This document shows positions 35,844 through 44,785 of a stretch of DNA of 64,000 bases, piece by piece; position 1 is the stretch's first letter; the number at the start of each line of letters is the position of its first letter. The notes beneath the pieces are model-generated. The model was not told the origin of the DNA and searched no databases. It was given only the letters and a program-made list of their open reading frames with translations. The position numbers and the translations under genes are program-made. Source of the DNA: a virus (Duplodnaviria; Heunggongvirae; Uroviricota; Caudoviricetes); the IMG/VR virus record IMGVR_UViG_3300045836_000108, positions 1 to 64,000 of that record. One strand, given 5' to 3'.

Positions 35844-37223
35844 TCAGATGTTGGCAACAACCCGCGACAGACGACCAGCGTACTTCGGCGCCCGGAGCGC
35901 CAGCGTCGTGTCCGTCAGGACCGCGAACGGCAGCGTGTCCGGAGCCGTCACCGTCGGCGCCAGCGGCAGAATCTGCATGTTCCGGGTGTAAGGCCGGACC
36001 ATGAAGTTCGGGTCCATCGGCAGCAAGTAGATGTCCTCGTACGCGTTCTGCCCCACCGCAACCGGACGCGGCTTAGCGCCGGTGTTGGTGCCCACGTACG
36101 CCGTCGTGCCCGTGTTACCCGACGAGTTGGTGAGCAGGTTGGTGCCGGTGTCGATGATCGACGTGGTCGCGACACCGGTGGTGTCGAACGCGTCCACGAC
36201 GCCGATCAGCGTCTCAGCGCCGGTGGACGTGCCCCGGTACACCTTGTACAGGATCGGAGCCGCGCCGTCCGGCAGACCCGTCGGAGTCGAGAACGACAGC
36301 GTCACCGTGGAGGTGGAGCCGGTGGTGGTCTGGCTGACCTCCACCGAGCCTGCAATCTCACCGAAGCGGGCCACAACAGCCGACACGTTGTAGTAGTACG
36401 TGGCCGCCGCCAGCGTGCCGCCCGTGGTGGACGTCGCCGTGGTGACCGTACCCATCTGGAACGTGCGCGGCGACAAGAAGCTGGACTTCACCAGCGGGAT
36501 GCCACGGTACGTCGGCACGTTCAGACCGCCACCCAGGTTCGTGGTCGGCGCGGCGAAACGCTGCTGCGACACGAACAGCTGGGAGATAGCCGACACCATA
36601 CGGCCGGACATCAGCATCATCCACGGAGAACCGTCGATAGGCATGGCCGCGTTGGACTCGACCAGGTCAATCAGCTCGTCCAGCTTAGCCAGCGTAACGT
36701 TGCCATTGACGTCCTGCGCGTTCACAAACGCGTTGGAGCCGGTACCAGCAGTCCAGTTGGACACCAGGTAGTCCAGGCCGGTAGCCATCGGCTGCGTGCC
36801 GTTGGCCGTCGCCGGGTCGTTGCCCCAGACGAACGAGTTCTCCACGGTCCACAGCATCGACTGCACAGTGCCGTCCAGCTCCAGCTGGCGCAGGTCACCC
36901 ACGATGTCGCGGGTAACGGTCTGCGCGAAGCCGGTCACCGAACCAACAGCCTGGTACAGGCGGATGTTGTAGACAGACTGCTCGTACGTCGAGTTGCTGA
37001 TCGGACGCGCACCACCGTCGATGACGGCACCCGAGTCCGGCCGGTTCACCCGACGGTTGAAGAAGTACTGCGTGGAGTTCCACTGCTTGGTCGGGATAGC
37101 CGCCAGCATCGGAGAGTACCGGCGCTGGTACTCAAGCAGAACAGTGTCGATCGCCTTGGGAATGAGGGGGGTCACGGTCCCAGCCGTGGTCACCGCCTCT
37201 TCCAGCAGGGTCAGGTTAGGCAT
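35844..37223 (-). CDS. Major capsid protein (HK97-fold candidate)
   Basis: 459 aa; directly downstream of the protease/scaffold gene; typical MCP composition. Confidence 0.65.
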   Translation of the reverse strand: MPNLTLLEEAVTTAGTVTPLIPKAIDTVLLEYQRRYSPMLAAIPTKQWNSTQYFFNRRVNRPDSGAVIDGGARPISNSTYEQSVYNIRLYQAVGSVTGFAQTVTRDIVGDLRQLELDGTVQSMLWTVENSFVWGNDPATANGTQPMATGLDYLVSNWTAGTGSNAFVNAQDVNGNVTLAKLDELIDLVESNAAMPIDGSPWMMLMSGRMVSAISQLFVSQQRFAAPTTNLGGGLNVPTYRGIPLVKSSFLSPRTFQMGTVTTATSTTGGTLAAATYYYNVSAVVARFGEIAGSVEVSQTTTGSTSTVTLSFSTPTGLPDGAAPILYKVYRGTSTGAETLIGVVDAFDTTGVATTSIIDTGTNLLTNSSGNTGTTAYVGTNTGAKPRPVAVGQNAYEDIYLLPMDPNFMVRPYTRNMQILPLAPTVTAPDTLPFAVLTDTTLALRAPKYAGRLSRVVANI

Positions 37224-37257
37224 AACTGACTAGTCCTCTCTAGGTCTCAGGGGCTGA

Positions 37258-39360
37258 TCAGGCCGACGCCGGAGCGTCCGGAGCCTTCAGGCCGTAGCCG
37301 CCCAGGAGGATGTCCACGCGGTTGTTGTTGAACAGCTCCGCGTCAGTCATCTGCACCTCCTCCTCGGCGTTCTCCGACAGGCGGTAACCGCGACGCGGCG
37401 GCAGCCCGTTCTCCTTCAGGAGTTCGTTACGAAGCTCGTCACGAATCTCCTTCCGCAGCTCCTTGGCCAGGGACTCCTTCAGTGCCGTGAGGTCTTCAGC
37501 CTTCGGGGTGCCGTCCTCAACTGGGGCGGCCTCAGCGACAGACTCTTCAGCAACCTGCTCGGTGGTCTCCTGCGCGGGGGCAGCGTGCTTTGCGTTCTTG
37601 TTGTCTTCCGGCGCCACAGCCTTCAGGGCCGCAGCAACCGACTCGCCGATGATCAAACGCAGGTCATCAGCGGTCAGAGCAATAGTCGGAGCCGCCTCGG
37701 TAGCGGCCGTGTTCTGGGTCTCGCCCATGGCGGACTCCTCCTCGTTGTCAGGGGTGTTGCTCGACTCCGCCGTTGCCGACGGAGAAGTCACGTGTACGTG
37801 GTTGTGTCCGTGCTGGTGGGACTCGTTGTCCGACGATGCGTGGACGTGCGCGTGAGTGTGGGAGTGGCTGTACGGCTTCCCGCCGTTCTCCGACATAGCG
37901 TGATCGTGCATGTGGGAGTGGGTGTGGTTCTCGCCGTCCAAGTCGTGGGTGTGCGAGTGGCCGTCGGCGTCCGGCGCCATCGTCATCTCCTGCGTTTCCG
38001 CGCTGTCAGCGGAACGCTCAGCGGCACGAGCCAACAAGGCGTCTATCTTGGCGTTCAGAGCTTCCTGAGTCTGGCGCAGCTGTTCCAACTCCGGGAAGTC
38101 GGCAGAGACCTCCAGACGACGGTAATGAGTCACTTGGGAAGTCTGCTCCCCAGCGGAATCGCCCTGCGGCGCAGACTCCCCGTAGTTGTCCAGCATGTTG
38201 TCGTCCGGGATGACGCCGCCAACAGCTGCGGTGCCCTGTTCCATAGGGCCTTCGCCCTCAGCGCCAACGTCAATGTCGGCATCGTCGTCGGGGTCCATGA
38301 CGTTGATGGCGTTCATCGCCGCTACCGCAGCAGCCTGAGCAGCAGCCCGCAGCTGATCCGGCGTCACGCAACCCCGGATAGTCACCGACAGAGGACCCGA
38401 GTAGGCGTCGATGCAGAAACCCGACACGTTGGAGGTGTCACCGTAGTACTCGGTGACATCTCCCACCCGCACCTCCGACTCCTTCATAGAGCCGTCGCTG
38501 GCCCAGTTGTCGGGGATCAGATCAGAGGCACCTAGAGCCTTGGCCCGCTTGATGATGTGCCGCCGGATAGCGTCATGGTCGGCTCCGCCCCGGCCAACAG
38601 CCTTGATGGCTTTCTTCAGGTCAGAAACGTCCTTGATCGGGTACGACGGGTCACCGTTGTCGTTCTTCATCGCCTGACCCTTGGACGCCATGTCCTTCAT
38701 GTCGTCGGCGCTGTACTTGGCCTCCGACACCCAGTAAGGCGTGAGGTCACCCTCAAACTGAACACCGCGCGTCACGGTCCACTCCTTGGTCTCCTGGGTG
38801 ATGTCGGCCCAGCCGGAGTCCTCCTCGGAGAGGGTGACGTTCGCCTCCATCGCCTCGCTGATAGGCGTCCGGAGGACACCGCCGGACTCGGTTGCCTTGC
38901 TGGATCCCGAGTCGATGAGTGCGCCGTCCACCCCCGGGCTGGCGGTGAAGTCGATAGCGTCAATCTCAAGATCGTCAGCGGAGGTGGCCAAGCCCTCCGC
39001 TGTCTGCACCTGCTTGGTGTCACCCACCCAGTAGCCGTGAATCGACACAGAACGCAGCGCAGGCGCCTTCCCCGTCACCAAGGCGGCAATGTCCTGGCCG
39101 TGGGACGTGTTGTACAAGTCCGCCTTGTACCGCAGCGACTTGTCCTCGCCGATACTCACCGCCGTGACCCGGCCAACAATCCGCGCGGAGTCATCCCCAG
39201 CCTCATGGTGGGTCCGCATCACGATAGGCAACCCGTTGGGGTCCGCCAGACGTTCCTGCATACGGGCAGCTGCCTTAGCAATCAGCTCCGGCGTGTACAG
39301 GCGCCGGTTACGGCTGACACCCGGAGCCAAGGCGACACCGCTGATCTTGGCTAGTGCCAT
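37258..39360 (-). CDS. Prohead protease (HK97 family) fused to a scaffold-like domain with a His-rich insert
   Basis: N-terminal region (ISGVALAPGVSRNRRLYTPELIAK...PIVMRTHHEAGDD) resembles caudoviral prohead protease; C-terminal acidic coiled region; His-rich tract HSHTHDLDGENHTHSHMHDHA..HSHTHAHVHAS..HQHGHNHVH. Confidence 0.6.
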   Translation of the reverse strand: MALAKISGVALAPGVSRNRRLYTPELIAKAAARMQERLADPNGLPIVMRTHHEAGDDSARIVGRVTAVSIGEDKSLRYKADLYNTSHGQDIAALVTGKAPALRSVSIHGYWVGDTKQVQTAEGLATSADDLEIDAIDFTASPGVDGALIDSGSSKATESGGVLRTPISEAMEANVTLSEEDSGWADITQETKEWTVTRGVQFEGDLTPYWVSEAKYSADDMKDMASKGQAMKNDNGDPSYPIKDVSDLKKAIKAVGRGGADHDAIRRHIIKRAKALGASDLIPDNWASDGSMKESEVRVGDVTEYYGDTSNVSGFCIDAYSGPLSVTIRGCVTPDQLRAAAQAAAVAAMNAINVMDPDDDADIDVGAEGEGPMEQGTAAVGGVIPDDNMLDNYGESAPQGDSAGEQTSQVTHYRRLEVSADFPELEQLRQTQEALNAKIDALLARAAERSADSAETQEMTMAPDADGHSHTHDLDGENHTHSHMHDHAMSENGGKPYSHSHTHAHVHASSDNESHQHGHNHVHVTSPSATAESSNTPDNEEESAMGETQNTAATEAAPTIALTADDLRLIIGESVAAALKAVAPEDNKNAKHAAPAQETTEQVAEESVAEAAPVEDGTPKAEDLTALKESLAKELRKEIRDELRNELLKENGLPPRRGYRLSENAEEEVQMTDAELFNNNRVDILLGGYGLKAPDAPASA

Positions 39361-39370
39361 GGGTAACCCC

Positions 39371-39691
39371 TTAGTGGTAGCTGATGGTGAGGGCTCCGTT
39401 GGTGGCAGCGCCAGCGACGGTCAGCCCGTTCTCAAACGGCATCCCCAGGTTGTAGATGCTGCCGACAGCAGCAGAAGCCGGAACAACGCCGATGATGACG
39501 CCGGTCACAGCGCCGGAGGCCGGTCCGTTGGCGTCGTAGATGTTGATTGCGGCAGCGCCGTTGGTGGACGTCACCAAGATCTTGGCTAGCGCGCCAGAGC
39601 CGGTTTTGACGACGGTGTTGCTTGTGGTTCCGGCGGCCACGGTCGCAGTGGAGTCGCCATCGTCGGTGGTGTTGACCAGCGGAGCAGTCAC
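39371..39691 (-). CDS. Small Gly/Ala/Thr-rich head-module protein (106 aa)
   Basis: GTG 3 nt after GGAGGG RBS, directly after the MuF stop; ORF track frame 39371..39829. Confidence 0.45.
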   Translation of the reverse strand: MTAPLVNTTDDGDSTATVAAGTTSNTVVKTGSGALAKILVTSTNGAAAINIYDANGPASGAVTGVIIGVVPASAAVGSIYNLGMPFENGLTVAGAATNGALTISYH

Positions 39692-39699
39692 GTGCCCTC

Positions 39700-40695
39700 C
39701 TAGTTGAAGAATCCGCTGTACGCGGAGATGTCGAACTCTGCGGAGGACACGCAACGGCAGCGGGGGTGCGCAGGCATTGACGGAAAGTCCATGATCGGAA
39801 AAGGGCTGTCCTCGCCGTACTTCTCGCAAATGGCGCAGACCCTACCGTCCCCGGCAGTCATCCACGTCACCTTCTGCACGCCCTCCGACTTGTACAGGTC
39901 CAGGGCGCCACGGGACATACCGAACGAGGCGGCCCAGTCCACGATGAACGCAACCGTGTCCTCCTCCGGGGACAGGGCCCCCAGAACGTCCACACCGGCC
40001 CGCACCATCTGGCTGTACTCGGCGCCGGAAGCGGCAAGGTCCCCCATCGTGTGCATGAACTCGTCCGCTGCCCGCCCCAGCATGCGGTGCAGCCAGCTGT
40101 CCGCTTCTGCCCAGGTGGCGCCGTCGTTGGCCAGGGCGTCATAGGCGTGCTGGAACGCAATGTCGAAGTCAAAACCCAGCTTGTGCTCAGCAGAGGCCGC
40201 CACCGCCAAAGCGTCGGCAAAGCCCTCCGCCCGGGACGCCGTGATCAGGTCACGCATGATGTCCCGGAGTTCCTGCCACGAATTGGTGCCCGGGACCCAG
40301 GCTAGGAGGCGCATAGCCGCATCCCTAGCCTCCCGCTTGACCCGACGTAGCCAATCAGGGTCCGGGGCCGCCTCCGACAGTCCTACGGCGTTTCTGAACA
40401 ACTCCACGGCCCCGGCAACATCCAGAGCCGCTGTCGCCTGCCGCCACACCGGCAACAGCTTGGCCGTGAAGTCATCCATCAACTTGAACCGGCGGGCAAA
40501 CACCGACGCCCACACGCCTTCAAGCTTCCCCAGATGGATAGCAACCTCAAGGATGCCCGGCTGATCCCAGTTCTCAGCACACAAGTCCATCGCAGCGATA
40601 CAGCCCGCGTGGACCCGCTCCGTCATCGGACCGCCCGACATGGCCCAACCCTGCGCATACGCCGTACGGGCATACGGCCGGATGGCGTCGTTCAA
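39700..40695 (-). CDS. MuF-like minor capsid / head morphogenesis protein
   Basis: 331 aa; C-terminal CAICE...PAHPRCRC motif, characteristic of the Phage_Mu_F/SPP1 gp7 family. Confidence 0.6.
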   Translation of the reverse strand: MNDAIRPYARTAYAQGWAMSGGPMTERVHAGCIAAMDLCAENWDQPGILEVAIHLGKLEGVWASVFARRFKLMDDFTAKLLPVWRQATAALDVAGAVELFRNAVGLSEAAPDPDWLRRVKREARDAAMRLLAWVPGTNSWQELRDIMRDLITASRAEGFADALAVAASAEHKLGFDFDIAFQHAYDALANDGATWAEADSWLHRMLGRAADEFMHTMGDLAASGAEYSQMVRAGVDVLGALSPEEDTVAFIVDWAASFGMSRGALDLYKSEGVQKVTWMTAGDGRVCAICEKYGEDSPFPIMDFPSMPAHPRCRCVSSAEFDISAYSGFFN

Positions 40696-40716
40696 TGAAC
40701 CCTCCTACAGTGAGGC

Positions 40717-40951
40717 CATGAGCGAGCCTTACATCAGCGGCATGGGCGAATTCCCGGAGATCCTGCACCGGATGCGGCACGTCATGGCCGGAACCGCCAT
40801 GCCCCCCCAGTTCACAGCCAACTTCATCCGCACCCTGGTGGAGGAACTTTGGGTAGCGCACAACGTCATCAAAGACTTGGAGAAACGCGTCACCGAGCTA
40901 GAAGACCGCACCCCCGACTGGCAGATACGGACCACCTCCCCGCTGCTCTAA
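40717..40951 (+). CDS. Small coiled-coil protein (77 aa) on the opposite strand, wedged between MuF and the beta-helix gene
   Basis: Very high GC3; ATG in frame of ORF 40640..40951. Confidence 0.4.
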
Positions 40952-42885
40952 CAGCCAATGGCCTTCTGCGTCGCCAACGTCGCCGTAGTAGCAGACCACT
41001 TCACCCACCAACCAGCAGGCAACCGGAAAGACATCAGCTCGCCAGCTGTAGCCGTCGCCGAGCTGATGATCGTGTTGGCCGGAGTAGACGTGGGACCGAT
41101 AGCCAACGTGTTAGCTGTACCGGCCGTACCAATCGTCAAATACACCATGTAGTCACGGGTGGTGTCGGACAGCTGCGCGGCGGTGCCGTTGGCGAATGTC
41201 GGTGTCAAAACTGGTGCGCCGTTTGCGGTGGTGGTCCCACCGCTCGGGGACCACACCCCCGTTGTCTGCGCCAACACGCCAGCGGACAAGCGCGCAATGG
41301 AGACATCGGAGCTGCCAGTACCGGGACCCCAGAACATGCCGCCGTCAGCGGTCAGCTGATACCGCTTGAACGTGTCGGTCCCCACGATGGAACCCAAGAT
41401 CGTGTTGCCGCTTGAGGTAGGAGACAACGTCAGCATGCCGGTCAACGGAGCCGGTGCCGACACGTTGGAGTTGCAGTTATCCAGCAGGAAACCTCCAGTG
41501 GAGGTTCCCAAGTTGATGTGCTTACCTGTCGGGGTGCCGATGTAGATGGCGGTAACGTTGCGGGCTGCAACGTTCTGCCCCGCTACCGTCGAGTTCAACG
41601 TCACGCCATTAGCAACCGTCTGCGGAGTGCCGGTGGCGATGAACACGTTGCTGAGGTCCGAGTCCTGCGACGACCAGGTAATCACGTCCTGGGGCGTCGA
41701 GTAGCCGGTATAGAAACCACCCGAGTAGCAGTACAGGTTGTTCACGTACACGCCCCGGGTGTTGGCGTCCACCAGCAGGTGCGGACCGCCGTTGATCACA
41801 GCGGTTTCCATCTTGCAGTCCACCAAGTAAATGCTGTTGCAACCGGAGGAACTGCCGGTGCCCTGCTGAATCCACATAGCGCCGGTGTGGAACGACTCAA
41901 ACCGGCACCCCACAAAGTGGATCTGGTTGGTGGTGTCGGTGGACGAACCGAAGCCGGACGCAGCAGCTGAGCACTGCAACAGGACGTTAGGGGTGGCAGC
42001 GTTGAACGTCGTGCTCCCCGACAGCTCAATCACCATGTTGTAGAACCGGGAATCCCAAAACTCCACGCCCGCGACACACACGTCAGGGTTGTTGACAATC
42101 CGGATGTTCTGAAAGTACAGGTTGTCGGCGTAATAGGCCTGAACAACCTGCCCGGTGAAGCCGTTCCCGGACAGATGAATGTTCTCGATCGAGCAGGTTT
42201 TGCAGTGGGTAGCACCTGTCGGGTCCGACGACACCCCCGACATGGAAATCAGCGTGCCGTTACCCAGCTTCTTGATCTGGGTGGAGCCGATAGAGTCCCC
42301 TACCAGACGGATGCCCGTGTAGGCGTTGGTGCCGTTGTTCAGCGTAATCGCAGCGGAGGAGCCTCCAGGCGTGACCGCGTACACCCCGGCAGGAAAGTAC
42401 ACAACGCAACCGTTAGCCGGTGACACCGCCGCAGCAGCGTTAACTGCTGCCTGAATAGCGGCGGTGTCGTCGGTGACGCCGTCCCCCGCAGCGCCGTACG
42501 ACTTCACCGAGATCCAGTCCGGTGTGCCAACGACAGTGCTACTTGGCGTCACAGGCGACAACGTTGAGATGTCTACCGTCGAACCCAGAGAGTGCGGCAA
42601 GTTCACGTTGTAGCTGCGCGGAGACAAACCCGTGATGGTTTCCGTGACCTTCCACGTCCAGTTTCCCGGCAGAAGCTGCCCCGTACAAGGCAGAACCACA
42701 GAGAAAGCGCCGGAGGTGTTCAGCGCCACCGTCACCCCGGTACCGCCCAACACAACCTGCCCCGTGGTGTCCACCAAGACCGGGGTAGAGGGCGTGAACG
42801 TCACCGTGCCCTGCATACCGGAACCTGTCGGGTTCAGGTAGGTGCCGGTCACCGTGATCGTGTTGATGTCCCCTGGCAGCGGCAC
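40948..42885 (-). CDS. Right-handed beta-helix (pectate-lyase-like) protein; depolymerase/tailspike candidate
   Basis: SVKSYGAAGDGVTDDTAAIQAAVNAA...VYFPAGVYAV signature of the pectate lyase fold; N-terminal domain MPLPGDINTITVTGT. Confidence 0.6.
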   Translation of the reverse strand: MPLPGDINTITVTGTYLNPTGSGMQGTVTFTPSTPVLVDTTGQVVLGGTGVTVALNTSGAFSVVLPCTGQLLPGNWTWKVTETITGLSPRSYNVNLPHSLGSTVDISTLSPVTPSSTVVGTPDWISVKSYGAAGDGVTDDTAAIQAAVNAAAAVSPANGCVVYFPAGVYAVTPGGSSAAITLNNGTNAYTGIRLVGDSIGSTQIKKLGNGTLISMSGVSSDPTGATHCKTCSIENIHLSGNGFTGQVVQAYYADNLYFQNIRIVNNPDVCVAGVEFWDSRFYNMVIELSGSTTFNAATPNVLLQCSAAASGFGSSTDTTNQIHFVGCRFESFHTGAMWIQQGTGSSSGCNSIYLVDCKMETAVINGGPHLLVDANTRGVYVNNLYCYSGGFYTGYSTPQDVITWSSQDSDLSNVFIATGTPQTVANGVTLNSTVAGQNVAARNVTAIYIGTPTGKHINLGTSTGGFLLDNCNSNVSAPAPLTGMLTLSPTSSGNTILGSIVGTDTFKRYQLTADGGMFWGPGTGSSDVSIARLSAGVLAQTTGVWSPSGGTTTANGAPVLTPTFANGTAAQLSDTTRDYMVYLTIGTAGTANTLAIGPTSTPANTIISSATATAGELMSFRLPAGWWVKWSATTATLATQKAIGC

Positions 42886-42899
42886 AGCCGACTCCTCAT

Positions 42900-43235
42900 C
42901 TACGGCAGTAAAGCCGTCAAATCCACCGTTGTTCCAAGCGTGTGAGGAATCGACTTCCCCGGGTACTGCGCCGCCGCTGCCCCGTTCAACGCCACACTGA
43001 TCGTGTACGTGAAAGCAGGCAGGTTAGCGTTGTCGGTGCACACCAACACCACCGACATGTTGTTGACGCCATCCAAAGCGGCCGACGTCGGACCCTCGAT
43101 AGTGACGTGACCCACCGAGTCATTCAACGGCAACACGGAAGGGGTGAACGTTACCGTGCCGGTTGCCTTCACCCCCAATACGTTTAACAAGGTCCCCGTG
43201 ACCGTGATCGTGTTCAAGTCCCCCGGCAACGGCAT
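42900..43235 (-). CDS. Stand-alone copy of the N-terminal domain of the beta-helix protein (111 aa)
   Basis: MPLPGDLNTITVTGT...GTVTFTPS shared with 40948..42885. Confidence 0.5.
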   Translation of the reverse strand: MPLPGDLNTITVTGTLLNVLGVKATGTVTFTPSVLPLNDSVGHVTIEGPTSAALDGVNNMSVVLVCTDNANLPAFTYTISVALNGAAAAQYPGKSIPHTLGTTVDLTALLP

Positions 43236-43244
43236 CTGCTGCTC

Positions 43245-43409
43245 CTATCAACGTCTAAGCCAAGACTCCACAGGCAGAAGGTGCAGAGCCAGAAAAGCCG
43301 CCGCCAGAGCCAGCAGCGCCTCCGGGGAGAACCACGTGTTGGTGTGGGCTCCCAAACCAATCAGGATGAAGTCCAAGACGGCCGCGATTACGGCCAGAAC
43401 AGCGAACAT
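43245..43409 (-). CDS. Small membrane protein (54 aa, 2 TM)
   Basis: ATG after GGAGGT overlapping the dcd stop; hydrophobic; not in the ORF track; coordinates approximate. Confidence 0.35.
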
Positions 43410-43987
43410 CAGCGCACCTCCGTGCGGTGAAAGTTGATCCAGCCCCGGGACGGGGTCGGACCGCGCTGTCCCTGATACCTGCTGCCGTTGGCTTTATTCC
43501 CGTACGGCTCCTCCGCTGGGGAGGACAGCTGAAAGAAACACAGCTGCCCGATCTTCATCCCCGGCCACAGCTTCACCGGCAACGACGCGACATTGGACAA
43601 CTCCAACGTGACGTGGCCTGTGAACCCGGGATCGATGAAACCAGCGGTGGAGTGGACCAGAAGCCCCAGGCGCCCCAGAGAAGACTTCCCCTCCAGCCGC
43701 GCCGCAACATCGTCCGGGAGAGACACTGCCTCCAGTGTCGAACCCAGGACGAACTCCCCGGGGTGGAGGATGAACGGCTCACCGCCCTCTGGCTCCACCA
43801 TCCGGGTCAGCCCCGGCTGCTCCACAGACGGGTCAATAACTGCGTAGCGGTGGTTCTCAAACACCCGGAAGAACCGGTCCAGCCGGACGTCCACGGAGGA
43901 CGGCTGCACCATGGAGAAGTCCAGCGGGTCCAGACCGATGTGTCCCTTGGCGATGCTTGCGCGGATGTCCCTGTCGGAGAGCAGCAT
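43409..43987 (-). CDS. dcd: dCTP deaminase
   Basis: 192 aa; full-length match in character to Dcd ([21 protein letters not shown]...[17 protein letters not shown]...). Confidence 0.75.
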   Translation of the reverse strand: MLLSDRDIRASIAKGHIGLDPLDFSMVQPSSVDVRLDRFFRVFENHRYAVIDPSVEQPGLTRMVEPEGGEPFILHPGEFVLGSTLEAVSLPDDVAARLEGKSSLGRLGLLVHSTAGFIDPGFTGHVTLELSNVASLPVKLWPGMKIGQLCFFQLSSPAEEPYGNKANGSRYQGQRGPTPSRGWINFHRTEVR

Positions 43988-44006
43988 CCAAGCAGCCTAG
44001 CCTGTG

Positions 44007-44089
44007 CGGAAGACGAGGGAATCGAACCCCCAACGGTGTTACCCGCCACGGTTTTCGGGACCGCTTGACTCTCCAATGTCGGGTCTTCC
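44007..44089 (-). tRNA. Type II tRNA-like gene, anticodon CGA (Ser?) with C33
   Basis: 83 nt; acceptor GGAAGAC/GTCTTCC, T-arm GGGGGTTCGATTCCCTC, anticodon arm GCGGT-CCCGAAA-ACCGT, long variable arm; coordinates +/-2. Confidence 0.5.
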
Positions 44090-44185
44090 TTGCGCCTGGT
44101 TTGGGTTTCCAACCCATCCGGGAGCACGGCGTTGCGCAAACCAGGCAAGACCTGCCGTTCTCGACGCGGCAGGTGCTCCATCAGT

Positions 44186-44256
44186 GGGCGGCCGTGGGAT
44201 TCGAACCCACACGCACGGAAACGGGTCCGCTGTCCTACCTGTTAGACCAGACCGCC
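44186..44256 (-). tRNA. Atypical tRNA-like gene (6-nt anticodon loop; possible pseudo-tRNA)
   Basis: Acceptor GGCGGTC/GGCCGCC, D-arm GTCT..AGAC-like, T-arm GTGGGTTCGAATCCCAC are canonical but the anticodon arm folds only as GCGGA-CCCGTT-TCCGT. Confidence 0.35.
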
Positions 44257-44378
44257 CATGACACGGAGTCGTAAGACCCTTGGCTGTCAAGCAGCGCAGG
44301 CGACGTGTCTCGCCCCAGTACCCCACTGGCCAGGTGGAGCGCTTGCGGTTTGTAGTGACCGATACCGCCAAACGGTCG

Positions 44379-44484
44379 CGGAGAGAGTAGGGATTGAACC
44401 TACGCCAAGGGGATTACGTCCCTTTGGGCACCGGCCGCCTGATCAGGGCCCAGACCGGTCCCATTGCCACTCTGGCACCTCTCC
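44379..44484 (-). tRNA. Aberrant 106-nt tRNA-like element (Ser-like arms with ~11-nt insertion in the anticodon loop and oversized variable region)
   Basis: Acceptor GGAGAGG/TCTCTCC, T-arm GTAGGTTCAATCCCTAC, D region GTGCCAGAGTGGCAATGG, Ser-like anticodon stem CCGGT...GCCGG enclosing 18 nt. Confidence 0.3.
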
Positions 44485-44489
44485 AACGT

Positions 44490-44564
44490 CGGGATAGCAG
44501 GATTCGAACCTGCGCTCTCCTGATCCCAAATCAGGCGCCCTCGTCCAAGCTAGGCCACATCCCG
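44490..44564 (-). tRNA. tRNA-Pro (anticodon TGG), slightly atypical D-arm
   Basis: Acceptor CGGGATG/TATCCCG, anticodon arm CCTGA-TTTGGGA-TCAGG (U33, G37), T-arm GCAGGTTCGAATCCTGC. Confidence 0.55.
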
Positions 44565-44625
44565 TTGGCTGGGTGACCGGACAGCGCGCGTGCCCGTGAA
44601 GTACCGTGCGCCGTCCGGACCCCCA

Positions 44626-44698
44626 GTGGAGCAGGTGGGACTCGAACCCACATCCGCCTGCTTGCAAAGCAGGTGCTCAGCCATTGAGCTACAACCCC
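44626..44698 (-). tRNA. tRNA-Ala (anticodon TGC) with encoded CCA
   Basis: G3-U70 wobble, D-arm GCTC-AATGGCT-GAGC, anticodon arm CCTGC-TTTGCAA-GCAGG, T-arm GTGGGTTCGAGTCCCAC, 3' CCA. Confidence 0.65.
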
Positions 44699-44785
44699 AT
44701 GCGCGGGCCCGAGAACCGGACCTTGGCCGCCGTGGCGGTTTGGGCGTTCGCGCCATGCCCTACAAGCACATTACCGTGTTACCGG

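Noticed and set aside
44090-44180. Long inverted repeat (GCCTGGTTTG...CAAACCAGGC) and hairpin between tRNA genes
   Set aside because: Not a tRNA (no T-arm). Most simply a processing/terminator structure within the tRNA operon.
44270-44378. Possible sixth tRNA between the second and third tRNA-like genes
   Set aside because: No GTTCGA-type T-loop or cloverleaf could be folded.
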